The translations under genes and the position numbers were made by a program. A stretch of DNA of 64,000 bases, taken from Sedimentisphaerales bacterium. Its GTDB lineage: Bacteria; Planctomycetota; Phycisphaerae; Sedimentisphaerales; Anaerobacaceae. The stretch covers positions 3,168,001 through 3,232,000 of the forward strand of contig OY970194.1 in assembly GCA_963708075.1 (NCBI GenBank), given 5' to 3'. The notes under the pieces were generated by a model that saw only the letters and a program-made list of their open reading frames with translations, was not told the origin of the DNA and did not search any database. Below are positions 1-9,678 of the stretch, piece by piece (positions within the stretch are counted from its first letter, which is position 1; each line of letters begins with the position of its first letter).

Positions 1-939
1 CTTCTGACCCGGCAAAGCGTCGAAGCTCAGCGTGTGCATTGTCCCGGCGGTCTGGGCGGTAAGCTCGTCGAAGTAGTAGTACCACTGGAAGCCCAGGGCG
101 ACACGGCCCTCTTGAAGGGCCTTGTTCACCTCGGGCACATACGCGTTCACAAAACCCTCGGGGGCATAGGCGAACAAGCTCTTGTAGAACTCCAGCGCCC
201 TGGCCGCACTGGGGGAGTTGATGTAGCCTTGGGCCTTGGCTGTCTCGCGGTCCCACAACTCGGCGCCGAAGGACCACAGGATGTTGTTGAAAACCGACGT
301 GCAGGCATCGTAGTCCTGGCTGCCGTAGAGCGAGATCCCGTAGAGATTTGCGCCGGGACGGGTGAAGAACTCCGCGATATCTCGCAACTGGTCATAGGTC
401 TGGGGCACAGCCAGATCGTAACCGTATTTCTGCTTGAAGGCGGCCTTCTCTTTCGGATCCGCGAAAAGGTCCCGGCGATACACCAACCCCATACAATCCT
501 GATTGATGGGCAACGCATAGATATTTCCCGAGCCCTCCGGGTACTCCGCATAGCGGCGCAGGGCCGCCGGGTCGAAGTCCACCGCCCGAACCTTTTCGCT
601 GTTTTTCAGCCAGTCGTTGAGGAGCACGATGTGCCCCTGCGAGGCAAACTCCGACATGGACTGACTGTCGAAGATGCAAAGATCGAAGGCCGATCCTTTC
701 CTGGCGAACTCATCCGCAATCCGCCGATAGTACTCCTCCGTCAGGGGCGGCAGAATGGCCTTGATCTCGACCCCGGCTTGCCGGGTGTACTCCTCGGATA
801 TCTTCAGCAGCAGGTCCGCGCGGTCTCCCGCATGCCAGATGAAGGTCAGCGTCGCCTTGCGCTGGGCCTGAGCCTGGACGGAACCGACTGTCGCAAACAA
901 ACCCAGCAGCGCACCAACAGTGAGCAGATGAGTCTTCAT
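1..939 (-). CDS. Sugar ABC transporter substrate-binding protein (3' end outside window)
   Basis: Not in the ORF track because it runs off the edge. Manual translation: MKTHLLTVGALLGLFATVGSVQAQAQRKATLTFIWHAG...FDLCIFDSQSMSEFASQGHIVLLNDW...IYALPINQDCMGLVYRRDLF. Signal peptide, SBP_bac_1-like motifs, GGAGAG RBS. Confidence 0.85.
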   Translation of the reverse strand, partial: MKTHLLTVGALLGLFATVGSVQAQAQRKATLTFIWHAGDRADLLLKISEEYTRQAGVEIKAILPPLTEEYYRRIADEFARKGSAFDLCIFDSQSMSEFASQGHIVLLNDWLKNSEKVRAVDFDPAALRRYAEYPEGSGNIYALPINQDCMGLVYRRDLFADPKEKAAFKQKYGYDLAVPQTYDQLRDIAEFFTRPGANLYGISLYGSQDYDACTSVFNNILWSFGAELWDRETAKAQGYINSPSAARALEFYKSLFAYAPEGFVNAYVPEVNKALQEGRVALGFQWYYYFDELTAQTAGTMHTLSFDALPGQK

Positions 940-1119
940 AACATCTCTCCCAAGTGCATATGAAAGTCTACTTCTGCGTTCCCAGCGTGATTTGACCCGA
1001 CCATGGGGTCTCTGCGGGATGCCTCGACGATAGATCAGTCCATCGGACAGGACAATGAGGCTTTTGCTCAAAGGCAGCTCGTGGCCACAATCGGCGCATA
1101 CGTCTGTGTATTGGCAGAC

Positions 1120-1926
1120 CTATCGTGCCGCCAACATCCTGAGCATCGCTTCGAGGGCCGGCTGGTCGGGTCCGATGAACGGCTTCGCCGCCGGGACGAC
1201 CGCCATGTGCGCCAGCAACGTGTCGTTCATGCCCTGGGCGGCGGGCAGATGGCTGCTCAGGATAACCTTCGGCGACATGTCGCGAACGAGATTCAGCGTA
1301 TTCGCGAACTTCGCGGTGTCTATCGAGTGCAGCCAGGGAGAGTCCACCGTCGTCCATGTGACCATGCCCTGCCGCAGGTCGTCGGCTCCAATCTCGGCGG
1401 CGTTTTCCACAGGCTCGGACATGAGGGCGCCGAAGGAATCCGCGCTGAAGAATGCGCCGGATTTCGGATCGTAGAAGCCGGTGGTCTCAGGGGCATCGTA
1501 GGTAGGCGGCTTGACGGCGGTGAGTGTTCGGTCCCCCACGTCGATACTCTGGCCCGGATTCAACAGGTAAACCCGATCCAAGGGCAACGGCCGAAACAGA
1601 CTCATCTTCCCCGTGGCAAGGAATGTCGTGATGACCCGCAGCTTCGGAGCCTCCTCCAAGAGCCGATGGAGACTCCCGATATGGTCCGGGTCAGCGTGGG
1701 TCAGCCACAACCATCGAAGGTCCTCAAGATCGATGGTGGACGACAGCGCCGCCATGTATTCATCACTCAGCAGCACGAGTCCCGTGTCCACCAGAACGGG
1801 TTCGGCTGCCCTGAGCACAAAGACGTTGATCGGCACGATCCCGAGGCTCGGTATAGGAAAATACGAAGGCAGGACGTCAATGTCGGGCACCGCCCGATAC
1901 GGCTCGAACATCGTCGGTTTGTCCAT
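1120..1926 (-). CDS. MBL-fold metallo-hydrolase (FprA/ODP-like)
   Basis: LVDTG, THADPDHIG, FFSADSFG and SSH motifs. Start placed at the ATG after AGGAGG. Confidence 0.85.
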   Translation of the reverse strand: MDKPTMFEPYRAVPDIDVLPSYFPIPSLGIVPINVFVLRAAEPVLVDTGLVLLSDEYMAALSSTIDLEDLRWLWLTHADPDHIGSLHRLLEEAPKLRVITTFLATGKMSLFRPLPLDRVYLLNPGQSIDVGDRTLTAVKPPTYDAPETTGFYDPKSGAFFSADSFGALMSEPVENAAEIGADDLRQGMVTWTTVDSPWLHSIDTAKFANTLNLVRDMSPKVILSSHLPAAQGMNDTLLAHMAVVPAAKPFIGPDQPALEAMLRMLAAR

Positions 1927-2220
1927 TGGCTCACCTCCTGAGAAGCCGCTCTTCCGTTGTGGTCCGTACACAGATGTAGTTCACTCAGGCAACATACTCA
2001 GACACACGGGAGAAGTTCGGTCTTTCCGGTTGCATATGACGACACAGGGGCCAGGCAAGCCGTATCACGCAATGATGTATTGATTCCGTGACCTATTCAG
2101 CATCAGGTTTGCTTTTCGTGAGGAATCTGCTATTTTGTGCGCGGTATGAGCCACCAGGTACGTGGCGGAAAACTGATGGTGTGCATGGCACACTCTACGG
2201 TATTGGCACAGGAGACAACC

Positions 2221-4701
2221 ATGACCAAGTCGCGAGTCGTCGTTATAGCAGTCACCACCATCCTGTCCGTGACCGTCCTGCGGGCAGCGGTGCCTGTGCG
2301 GGTGGTGCCTGTCCCGCCGACGGTGGGGACGAATGATTTCTATGTCAGCAATGCCAAGCCGCTGGCGCCGAGCCCGCTGGTCAAGCTGCCCATTGGGGCG
2401 ATCAAACCCGAGGGGTGGCTGCGCCGGCAGCTTGAGCTGCAGGCGGATGGCTTCTCCGGCCATCTGACGGAGATCAGCAAGTTCGTCAACAAGGACGGCA
2501 ACGCGTGGCTTGCGGCGGATGGCCAGGGCCACAGCCCGTGGGAGGAGATGCCCTATTGGCTCAAGGGCTTCGGCGACACCGGCTACGTCCTCGGCGACAA
2601 GCGCATCATAGACGAGGCGAAGGTCTGGATCGAGGGGATGCTCAACAGCCGCAATCCCGACGGCTGGTTCGGCCCCGCCACGAACAAAACCGGCTCGCGC
2701 GACACGAAGAACGTCCCCGACCTCTGGCCCAACATGGTCGCGCTCAATGCCCTGCAAACCTACTACGAGTACACCAGCGACCCACGGGTGCTCGAGCTCA
2801 TGCAGGAGTACTTCAAATGGGAGCTGACCGTGCCGGACGAGAAATTCCTCGAGCCGTTCTGGCAGCAGCAGCGGGCCAGCGACAATCTCGCCAGCGTGTA
2901 CTGGCTCTATAATCGCACCGGGCAGGAGTACCTGCTGCAACTGGCCGAGAAAATCCATCGCAACACCGCCAACTGGGCGGAGACTGTCGCGAGCTGGCAC
3001 AACGTGAACATCGCCCAGTGCTTCCGCGCCCCGGCTGTTTACTTCCAGCAGGCCCGCGATCCTTATTTCCTCCAAGCGACGGAGCGAAACTACAACATGG
3101 CCTGGGGCACCTACGGCCAGGTCCCCGGCGGCATGTTCGGCGGCGATGAGAACTGCCGCAGGGGCTACTACGGTCCGAGACAGGGCATCGAGACCTGCGC
3201 CTCCATTGAGTTCATGCTCTCCTGCGAGATGCTGCTGGGAATCACGGGCGATCTGACGTGGGCCGACCGCTGCGAGGACGTCGCATTCAACACGTTCCCG
3301 CCGGCCCTGACCGCCGATCTCAAGGCCCTGCACTACCTGGTCAGCCCGAATGTATGCCAGCTTGACAGCAAGAACAAGGCTCCAGGCATCCAGAATGGCG
3401 GCGACATGCTCGGGTATAATCCGCACAGCTACCGCTGCTGCCAGCACAACGTCGCGCACGGCTGGCCGTACTTCGCCGAGCATCTGTGGATGGCCACGCC
3501 CGACAACGGCCTGGCCGCGGTCTTTTATGCCGCCTCGCAGGTCACCGCCAAGGTCGGCGATGGCCGGCAGGTGACCTGGAAACAGGAGACGCGATACCCG
3601 TTCGAGGATGCGATTCACATGACGCTCAGTGCAAGCGCGCCTGTGGAATTTCCGCTGTACCTCCGCGTCCCCGGCTGGTGCAATACCCCCACGCTGCGCG
3701 TCAACGGCAGGAAAGTGCCCGTGTACCCCGAGCCGCGAACGTTCATCGTCATCGACCGCAAATGGAAGGACGGCGACACCGTAGAGCTGACGCTGCCGAT
3801 GGAGCTGAAGCTCCGCTACTGGATTCGCAACGGCAACACCATGTCCGTCGATCGCGGGCCGCTGACCTACTCGCTGAAGATCGGCGAGAAGTACGTTCGC
3901 TACGGCGGCACAGACGCCTGGCCCGCCCAGGAAGTGTATCCAACCACGGCCTGGAACTATGGCCTGGTGATCGATCCCGACAAGCCGCTCCGGGAGCAGC
4001 TCAGCGTGCGTGAGAGGAACTGGCCCAAAGACAATCAGCCCTTCGAGGCCCAGGCCGCCCCAATCGAGATCAAGGCAAAAGCCAGAAAGATCCCGAACTG
4101 GCAGGCGGATCATCTCGGCCTGATCGGCGAGGTACAGCCCAGCCCCGTCAAGTCCGACCAGCCTGTTGAAACCGTGACGCTGATCCCGATGGGCGCCGCC
4201 CGACTGCGAATCTCCGCCTTCCCCTGGATCGGCGAAGGCCCGAACGCCCGCGAGTGGCAAATCTCGCAGCAGAGCAAGGCCAAGTACCTGACAAGCGAGT
4301 CGTATTGCTGGGAGCTGGATAGCACCGCCGCCCTCAGCGATGGTGAGATTCCGGCGAACTCCAACGACAAGAGCGTCCTGCGTTTCACATGGTGGCAGCA
4401 CAAAGGGACCACGGAGTGGGTCCAGTATGATTTCCCGCAAGCCCGTAACATCAGCCGGGCCCAGGTGTACTGGTTCGACGATGCCGCCGGCGGTGGCGGC
4501 TGCCGCGTCCCGCAATCCTGGAAGCTGCTATACAAGGATGGCGACAACTGGAAGGAGGTCCCGAACGCCTCCGCCTATGGCGGCGAGAAGGACAAATTCA
4601 ATAAGGTGACGTTCAACGCGGTGAAGACGACCGCCCTGCGCCTTGAGGCCCAGCTTCAGCCGGAGTCCTCCGCCGGCATCCTCGAATGGCAGATCGACTG
4701 A
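2221..4701 (+). CDS. GH127/GH146-family glycoside hydrolase (beta-L-arabinofuranosidase-like) with C-terminal discoidin-like domain
   Basis: Signal peptide; LPIGAIKPEGWL, WEEMPYW, ETC and CCQHN (Zn/Cys nucleophile) motifs; LRVPGW; RGPLTYSL; C-terminal VYWFDD...GGCRVPQSW. Confidence 0.9.
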   Translation: MTKSRVVVIAVTTILSVTVLRAAVPVRVVPVPPTVGTNDFYVSNAKPLAPSPLVKLPIGAIKPEGWLRRQLELQADGFSGHLTEISKFVNKDGNAWLAADGQGHSPWEEMPYWLKGFGDTGYVLGDKRIIDEAKVWIEGMLNSRNPDGWFGPATNKTGSRDTKNVPDLWPNMVALNALQTYYEYTSDPRVLELMQEYFKWELTVPDEKFLEPFWQQQRASDNLASVYWLYNRTGQEYLLQLAEKIHRNTANWAETVASWHNVNIAQCFRAPAVYFQQARDPYFLQATERNYNMAWGTYGQVPGGMFGGDENCRRGYYGPRQGIETCASIEFMLSCEMLLGITGDLTWADRCEDVAFNTFPPALTADLKALHYLVSPNVCQLDSKNKAPGIQNGGDMLGYNPHSYRCCQHNVAHGWPYFAEHLWMATPDNGLAAVFYAASQVTAKVGDGRQVTWKQETRYPFEDAIHMTLSASAPVEFPLYLRVPGWCNTPTLRVNGRKVPVYPEPRTFIVIDRKWKDGDTVELTLPMELKLRYWIRNGNTMSVDRGPLTYSLKIGEKYVRYGGTDAWPAQEVYPTTAWNYGLVIDPDKPLREQLSVRERNWPKDNQPFEAQAAPIEIKAKARKIPNWQADHLGLIGEVQPSPVKSDQPVETVTLIPMGAARLRISAFPWIGEGPNAREWQISQQSKAKYLTSESYCWELDSTAALSDGEIPANSNDKSVLRFTWWQHKGTTEWVQYDFPQARNISRAQVYWFDDAAGGGGCRVPQSWKLLYKDGDNWKEVPNASAYGGEKDKFNKVTFNAVKTTALRLEAQLQPESSAGILEWQID

Positions 4702-4733
4702 CAGTTCACGCTGAAGTGTTCAGTCCGGGATGC

Positions 4734-4761
4734 AAAAAGGCTGCAGGGAATGCCTGCAGCC
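4734..4761 (-). terminator. Intrinsic terminator between convergent genes
   Basis: GGCTGCAGG-gaatg-CCTGCAGCC stem preceded by AAAAA, giving a U-tract on the minus strand. Confidence 0.7.
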
Positions 4762-4784
4762 CCGAAGGATGAGCTCGATATTTC

Positions 4785-5435
4785 TTATGCCGCGCGTCGG
4801 CGGAACCAGGCAACCAGCCCGGCGCCAATGCCACCGAGCAACAGTGCACCCGGAGCGGGAATCGTGGCGGCGATGTTGTCCAGCGACATGCCGCCCGGCC
4901 CGCCGGTGACCAGTGCTCCCGAGAAGATAACCGATGTCAGGTTCGCGAACGTTCCGGGCAGGACAAATGTCTGAAAGTCCGCGGCCCCGCCTGCACCGTC
5001 GACGATTCCGTCCAGCGCGAATTGGGCATTCACCGCGCCACCGCCGGAAAGGTTGCCGACCACGTTGATGTAGTTAGCGTTGGGGAAACCACCGGCAGCA
5101 GCAGCGGCGGCATCAATCCACGGTTCCGTGCCGTCGAAGCTGATCAGACTGAACGGCTGACCGCCCGCGGCCGCCATCGTGATCGGCAGGCCAAGAGGGC
5201 CGGCCTCCTCCGAGATATAGATGGTTCCATTGTCTGCCGCCCCGCCGAAAGCTGTACCGGCCGGCGAACCCATCGCGTGGAAGTGCCCGGACGTGAACGT
5301 GAATCCCTCAGTGGTCAACGTTGTAAGAGTGGGATTCCCGACGCCCGGAACCGCGTCAAACGTCACAACACTCGCCTGTACCGACCCCGCCGCAATAAGA
5401 GAAAGCACGGCAACTGCCACAACCATACTTCTCAT
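4785..5435 (-). CDS. PEP-CTERM-like sorting-domain surface protein
   Basis: Signal peptide; C-terminus IPAPGALLLGGIGAGLVAWFRRRAA (PEP-like motif, TM segment, Arg cluster). Confidence 0.85.
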   Translation of the reverse strand: MRSMVVAVAVLSLIAAGSVQASVVTFDAVPGVGNPTLTTLTTEGFTFTSGHFHAMGSPAGTAFGGAADNGTIYISEEAGPLGLPITMAAAGGQPFSLISFDGTEPWIDAAAAAAGGFPNANYINVVGNLSGGGAVNAQFALDGIVDGAGGAADFQTFVLPGTFANLTSVIFSGALVTGGPGGMSLDNIAATIPAPGALLLGGIGAGLVAWFRRRAA

Positions 5436-5660
5436 ATCTCACTCCTCCATCTCTCCATTGCCAGGGCCACACGCGCCGGCACAGGTCCATAGCCTCACCG
5501 CTTCAATAGGAATTGCCCGAGAAACGCAATTCGTCACGTCTCAAATGGATCGCACCTCCGGCGGGTCCTTCCGAAGCATTCTGTATCAGCAGCGTCATGC
5601 TGCGTTGCCTAGAGAATGCGTGCGTTTGAAATGGGCAGCGCCCATCCAACCGATCCTTCA

Positions 5661-5689
5661 AAGATAGCACTTCCCGCCCGAAAAGTCAA
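5661..5689 (-). promoter_or_regulatory. Putative sigma70 promoter of the PEP-CTERM-like gene
   Basis: Minus strand TTGACT-N17-TATCTT with extended TG. Confidence 0.5.
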
Positions 5690-5916
5690 TGGTAATTTGG
5701 GGAATCTGTGCATTATCAGACCAATACCCTGTCCCCGTGGCGGCATCTGCCCGCGCCGCATCACCCGTCACTCGCTGGAGGCAGGCCCCAAGGCCAATCA
5801 AAGCCGGAAACATCGGCGACATAAGGACTTGCGTGAGCTGCGGGGATGCCTCGGACCCTCTGCTCCCGGAGAAATCCGCGGCAAGGAAGCGGGAATACCC
5901 AAACGTCCAAGTCTGC

Positions 5917-6411
5917 TTATCGCGTGAGTTCTTCCGTCTCAGACGTGACGCCGGAGTTCTCTGCCGGCATTCTCGAATGGGGCATCGACTGACGCTCACT
6001 GAAGAGTTTGCCGAGGCGATAAGGGAAGTAGAGACCGCCGAGGAGGCTGAACACGAAGAGAACGACGGCCAGCGCTATTGCCAGCCGGCCGCGCACCACG
6101 GCCGCGTCACCCTCGACCACTTTCGTATCGCGGACGACCCGTGTCCCCGGTGGCGGCATCCGCCGGGACCGCACCGCCCGCCACCCATACCAGTAGAAGT
6201 ACGCCGAAAATGGTATGAGGCCCAGGAACGCTACTGCGATGGCGACCTGCACGACTCGCAGTGTCGCCTCGGGCCCCTGCCGCTCCAGGTATCGCTGTCC
6301 CCACGGCAGCACCCACAGCATCAATGACATCCCCAGCAGCAGGCCGATGGCCAGAATCGTTACGGCCAGCCTGCGCGCCTTCTTATCCGCCTTCATGACC
6401 ATATGCTTCAT
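5917..6411 (-). CDS. Hypothetical membrane protein (3 TM)
   Basis: Three hydrophobic segments with PPPGTRV loop; coherent protein-like ORF. Confidence 0.75.
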   Translation of the reverse strand: MKHMVMKADKKARRLAVTILAIGLLLGMSLMLWVLPWGQRYLERQGPEATLRVVQVAIAVAFLGLIPFSAYFYWYGWRAVRSRRMPPPGTRVVRDTKVVEGDAAVVRGRLAIALAVVLFVFSLLGGLYFPYRLGKLFSERQSMPHSRMPAENSGVTSETEELTR

Positions 6412-6699
6412 TCTTCGTATCCGCCGCCTCCGTCAAACGTCATCAATCGCGCAATGTCGAACCCTGCTGGGCATTATAGTGGAACTCCCGCTGAAGGATA
6501 GCCCCACCGCGGCGGGACGGCATATATTACTCACGTTCATATTCTCGGACGTGAAGCCGCGTGAGCGGTTGGACGATAGATAAGGAAGCCGCCGGATGAG
6601 ACCGGGCCGAATCGCGAAGCGAGCGATCTGCCTGAGCAGACGACGAATGCAGATGCGCAGACAGACGCGAGAATGTTACGCCGGTGTGAGGAGGTGCTG

Positions 6700-6945
6700 A
6701 TGAATACAAGCTCGATCAAAAGAAAGCTGCAGGTGTGCAGGCGCTGCGAGTTCCTCTGCAAAGGTTGCCCTCATGCCCTGCCCTGCGCGGTGCAAGGCCA
6801 GCGGGTCAAGCCTGTGGAATGTTACCTGTGCTGGCATAACCCGGGGACGGTCCTACCCACCAACTGTGGCCTGCGACGTCGGCCCGTTGCGCAGACCGGG
6901 ACAACCGCGAAGAACCCGACCCGACCCCACTCAACTGCGTGTTGA
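6700..6945 (+). CDS. Small Cys-rich protein (putative metal-binding)
   Basis: Strong RBS GAGGAGG. MNTSSIKRKLQVCRRCEFLCKGCPHALPC...ECYLCWH...C contains three CxxC pairs. Confidence 0.6.
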   Translation: MNTSSIKRKLQVCRRCEFLCKGCPHALPCAVQGQRVKPVECYLCWHNPGTVLPTNCGLRRRPVAQTGTTAKNPTRPHSTAC

Positions 6946-7039
6946 ACGGTACGAATAGCTTTGCCCTTCGTGTTCCGGATAGAACGAGGGCTGGATCGGC
7001 AGGAGTGTCTTCGAACCATTGAATTGCAGGTACTGGATC

Positions 7040-8251
7040 ATGAAGAATGTCACATGGGCTTCGGTGTCGCTGGCGATCGTACTGGTTGGGATACTGATGC
7101 TCCACGGCATAAGGCAGATATCGAATCCGAAAGCAAGCCCCGCTGTTCACGCAAGCGGACACGTCAACGAGTCGAACGTGGACCTGCGGGAACATTCCGA
7201 CGAGGTCTTCGCGATGGCGGACACCCGCGCGAGAGAACACAAGATCGACGAGGCCATATCCCTGTATCAGCGAGGGTTGCAGGTGGATCCCTGGCGACTG
7301 GAATATCAGTTGAAACTGGCCCGGCTCCTGAAACAGATCGGCCTGGAGGAGCAGGCCGTCGAGAAAGCGGAGACCGTGCGCCGGTACGCCGAGCAGGAAG
7401 AATTGATTGCTGCGGCGGAGGAGTTGACCCGGACCTCCGATGCGCAGCGGGATGCCTATAGGCCGCCCGTACCTTCTGAGGCGGTCCCGCGTCTGGAGAT
7501 CGTCATTGTCCCCATCGACAAGGTGGATTTGAGATTGCTGTCGGAGTTGCGGGAATCTCTGGAATCGAAACTCGGGATCAAATTCACCCTTACGGACAAG
7601 CCGCTGAGCCTGGGAGGAATGGATCGAACCTATGCCGAGCACATCGTGACGAAACTGCTCGATGAGATGAAGGAGAAGATGCCGGAGGGAGAGTACAAGC
7701 GATTTCTCGAAGAACTCGGTTTTACAGAAGCCTCGCTCGAATCCTACTACCCTCGGGTCCAGTTTCTGGAACGGGCGCTCCGGGATTCCGGCTATTCCCA
7801 GGGACAGATCAGCGAATTCCGCAGAGCACTGGAGATGCTGTGGCGCACGGGCCAGTATGACGCCGAGAGGCTGCTGTCCTCGCTCAAGCAGGCACACCCG
7901 CTGCATCCGGCAGGTCCGGTGAAGGGCTACCTGGGCATCACTGAGGCCGATCTCTTCACGCGGGATTACAACTTCTTGTATGGTTGGGGCGGGCGCGGCC
8001 ACGCGGTGATGTCATACCACCGTTACACAGCCGCCTTCAACGAGGAGCCACCCAACCGGCCCAAGCTGCTCGAACGAACCGTCAAGCAGGCGATCTCCAG
8101 CACGTTCTTCCTACTCGACATTCCGCGCTGCACGTCCCCGGCGTGTGCCCGTGCGTATCCGAACAGCCTCGCGGAGCACGATCAGAAGACCGGTGACCTC
8201 TGCAACGACTGCAAACGGGCGCTGGCCCTGGCCATCGCCAGGAACCGTTAG
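7040..8251 (+). CDS. Membrane-anchored TPR-like + archaemetzincin (M54)-like protein, catalytic motif degenerate
   Basis: N-terminal TM, TPR-like helices, QYDAERLL, LGITEADLF...NFLYG, AVMSYHR, Cys4 tail C-x4-C...C-x2-C; HExxH absent. Confidence 0.8.
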   Translation: MKNVTWASVSLAIVLVGILMLHGIRQISNPKASPAVHASGHVNESNVDLREHSDEVFAMADTRAREHKIDEAISLYQRGLQVDPWRLEYQLKLARLLKQIGLEEQAVEKAETVRRYAEQEELIAAAEELTRTSDAQRDAYRPPVPSEAVPRLEIVIVPIDKVDLRLLSELRESLESKLGIKFTLTDKPLSLGGMDRTYAEHIVTKLLDEMKEKMPEGEYKRFLEELGFTEASLESYYPRVQFLERALRDSGYSQGQISEFRRALEMLWRTGQYDAERLLSSLKQAHPLHPAGPVKGYLGITEADLFTRDYNFLYGWGGRGHAVMSYHRYTAAFNEEPPNRPKLLERTVKQAISSTFFLLDIPRCTSPACARAYPNSLAEHDQKTGDLCNDCKRALALAIARNR

Positions 8252-8445
8252 CCGCCATCGCCGGAACGAACCAACCCGATCACCTCTAATCGTGACATTT
8301 CATCGGATCGGCACGGGCCCGCGCCTGATGATCGCATGGATTGCATATCTGTTGCAGAGAAACGGGCGACCCAGATGCAGCACAGTAGCACACGAAGCCA
8401 CCCTCATCGGTTCTCTAAGCCCCGGCGCCCCGCGACAAAAGAAAA

Positions 8446-8468
8446 GGTGGGGACAAGCCCCACCCTAT
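8446..8468. repeat. Single REP-like palindrome
   Basis: Reverse complement ATAGGGTGGGGCTTGTCCCCACC resembles the GTAGGGTGGG units at 17430-17504. Confidence 0.5.
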
Positions 8469-8478
8469 ATGCTCGCAC

Positions 8479-8512
8479 AAATCGGCAATCTGAAATCCGA
8501 AATCCGCAATCG
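8479..8512. repeat. Degenerate heptamer tandem repeat (AAATCCG-like)
   Basis: AAATCGG CAATCTG AAATCCG AAATCCG CAATCG. Confidence 0.7.
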
Positions 8513-8520
8513 GAAGGCGG

Positions 8521-9273
8521 CTAGTCCGTCACTTTTCCCTTCGCGGCCCACTCGGTGCCTCGGATGATGATCTTCTGGACGCTGGGGGTCATCAGGGCTT
8601 TGCGGTCATGGCCGTAGGCGTTGTGGACGACGCGGCCCTGGCCGTAGCTCTTCACAAAGACCAACGGCTCAGTCTTCTTGCTCCAGTCGGAGTCGGCTTG
8701 GACGAGAACGTGGATTTCCTCGGTGCCTTGCAGCTTGGCGTACAGTTCATCGTTGGTCGTGAAGTCGGTCAGGCCCTTGGTGATCGGGTGCTCTTTGTCA
8801 ACGATTTTCGACATGAAGTCGCTGCGAGGGCCATGGCCGGAGGTGCCCATCACCCACTTGCGGCCGCAGAGCTTGCCGAACTCCTCCCACTTCGGGAATG
8901 AGGCGGTGGCCAAGTGCTGGACGAAGAAGCCCTTGCCGCTCTTGACGTAGTTGAGCAGGTTCTCCTGAGCCTGGCCGGGCAGTTCCCCGAGCTTCTGGGC
9001 ATAGATCGTGAACACGATCACGTCATAGTTCTTAAGGGCGGTCGCGGACTCGAGGATCAGCGGGTCCTCACTGACCTTGACGTCGAATTTGCCGGATCCG
9101 ACGAGGATTTCGCGCGTGGTCTCGGATATTTCCCGCCAGGGGTGGGCGCCGACATCATCGCCGGTGATCAGGAGGACCTTGATCTGGGCCGGCTTCTCAG
9201 CCGGATTGGCCCCCATGCAAAACACCACCCCCAGAACCGCCAACAGAGCTACAACTCTCAGTGAATACCGCAT
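8521..9273 (-). CDS. ThuA-like (trehalose utilization) domain protein
   Basis: Signal peptide; KVLLITG..H, HPITKGL..F...DELY, YGQGRV...GHD motifs. Confidence 0.85.
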   Translation of the reverse strand: MRYSLRVVALLAVLGVVFCMGANPAEKPAQIKVLLITGDDVGAHPWREISETTREILVGSGKFDVKVSEDPLILESATALKNYDVIVFTIYAQKLGELPGQAQENLLNYVKSGKGFFVQHLATASFPKWEEFGKLCGRKWVMGTSGHGPRSDFMSKIVDKEHPITKGLTDFTTNDELYAKLQGTEEIHVLVQADSDWSKKTEPLVFVKSYGQGRVVHNAYGHDRKALMTPSVQKIIIRGTEWAAKGKVTD

Positions 9274-9455
9274 GTCATTTCTCCTTCTCTGTTAAGAATC
9301 CTCGACCCGATCACTGCCGCGGACCAATCCATTCGGTTCGGCCCGCTCGTGCAGATTCTACCGACGGACGTGTGACAGGCAAATCCAAAAAGACCAGGCC
9401 GTGACATAAATGCGGTCCCGGCACGGGTGCACGACAAAAAAGTGGCACTCGATCC

Positions 9456-9544
9456 GGGTGGCAGCGTCAAGGCCGAAGGCCTTGGCGATGGTTATGCTGC
9501 GTCCGAGGCAGGCCATCGCCAAGCTGCGCTTGACGCTGCCACCC
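9456..9544. repeat. GGGTGGCA-ended composite palindromic element
   Basis: GGGTGGCAGCGTCAAG...CTTGACGCTGCCACCC terminal inverted repeat with internal hairpins. Confidence 0.75.
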
Positions 9545-9678
9545 AAGAGTCTCATCCTCGCTCTGCCACAATCTTGTCGTACACCCCCCGGCACAGGAGC
9601 GGCGGAATCCACTTGACCGGTGGACCAATCGTTGATAGCCTCGGGCAGCATTTTAGATGGTCCTGCTGGAGCGAGCAC

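Noticed and set aside
34..963. 309-aa plus-strand ORF and other long antisense ORFs (2065-4515, 11132-13255, 37829-39697 etc.)
   Set aside because: Shadow frames of well-supported genes on the opposite strand, common in GC-rich DNA.
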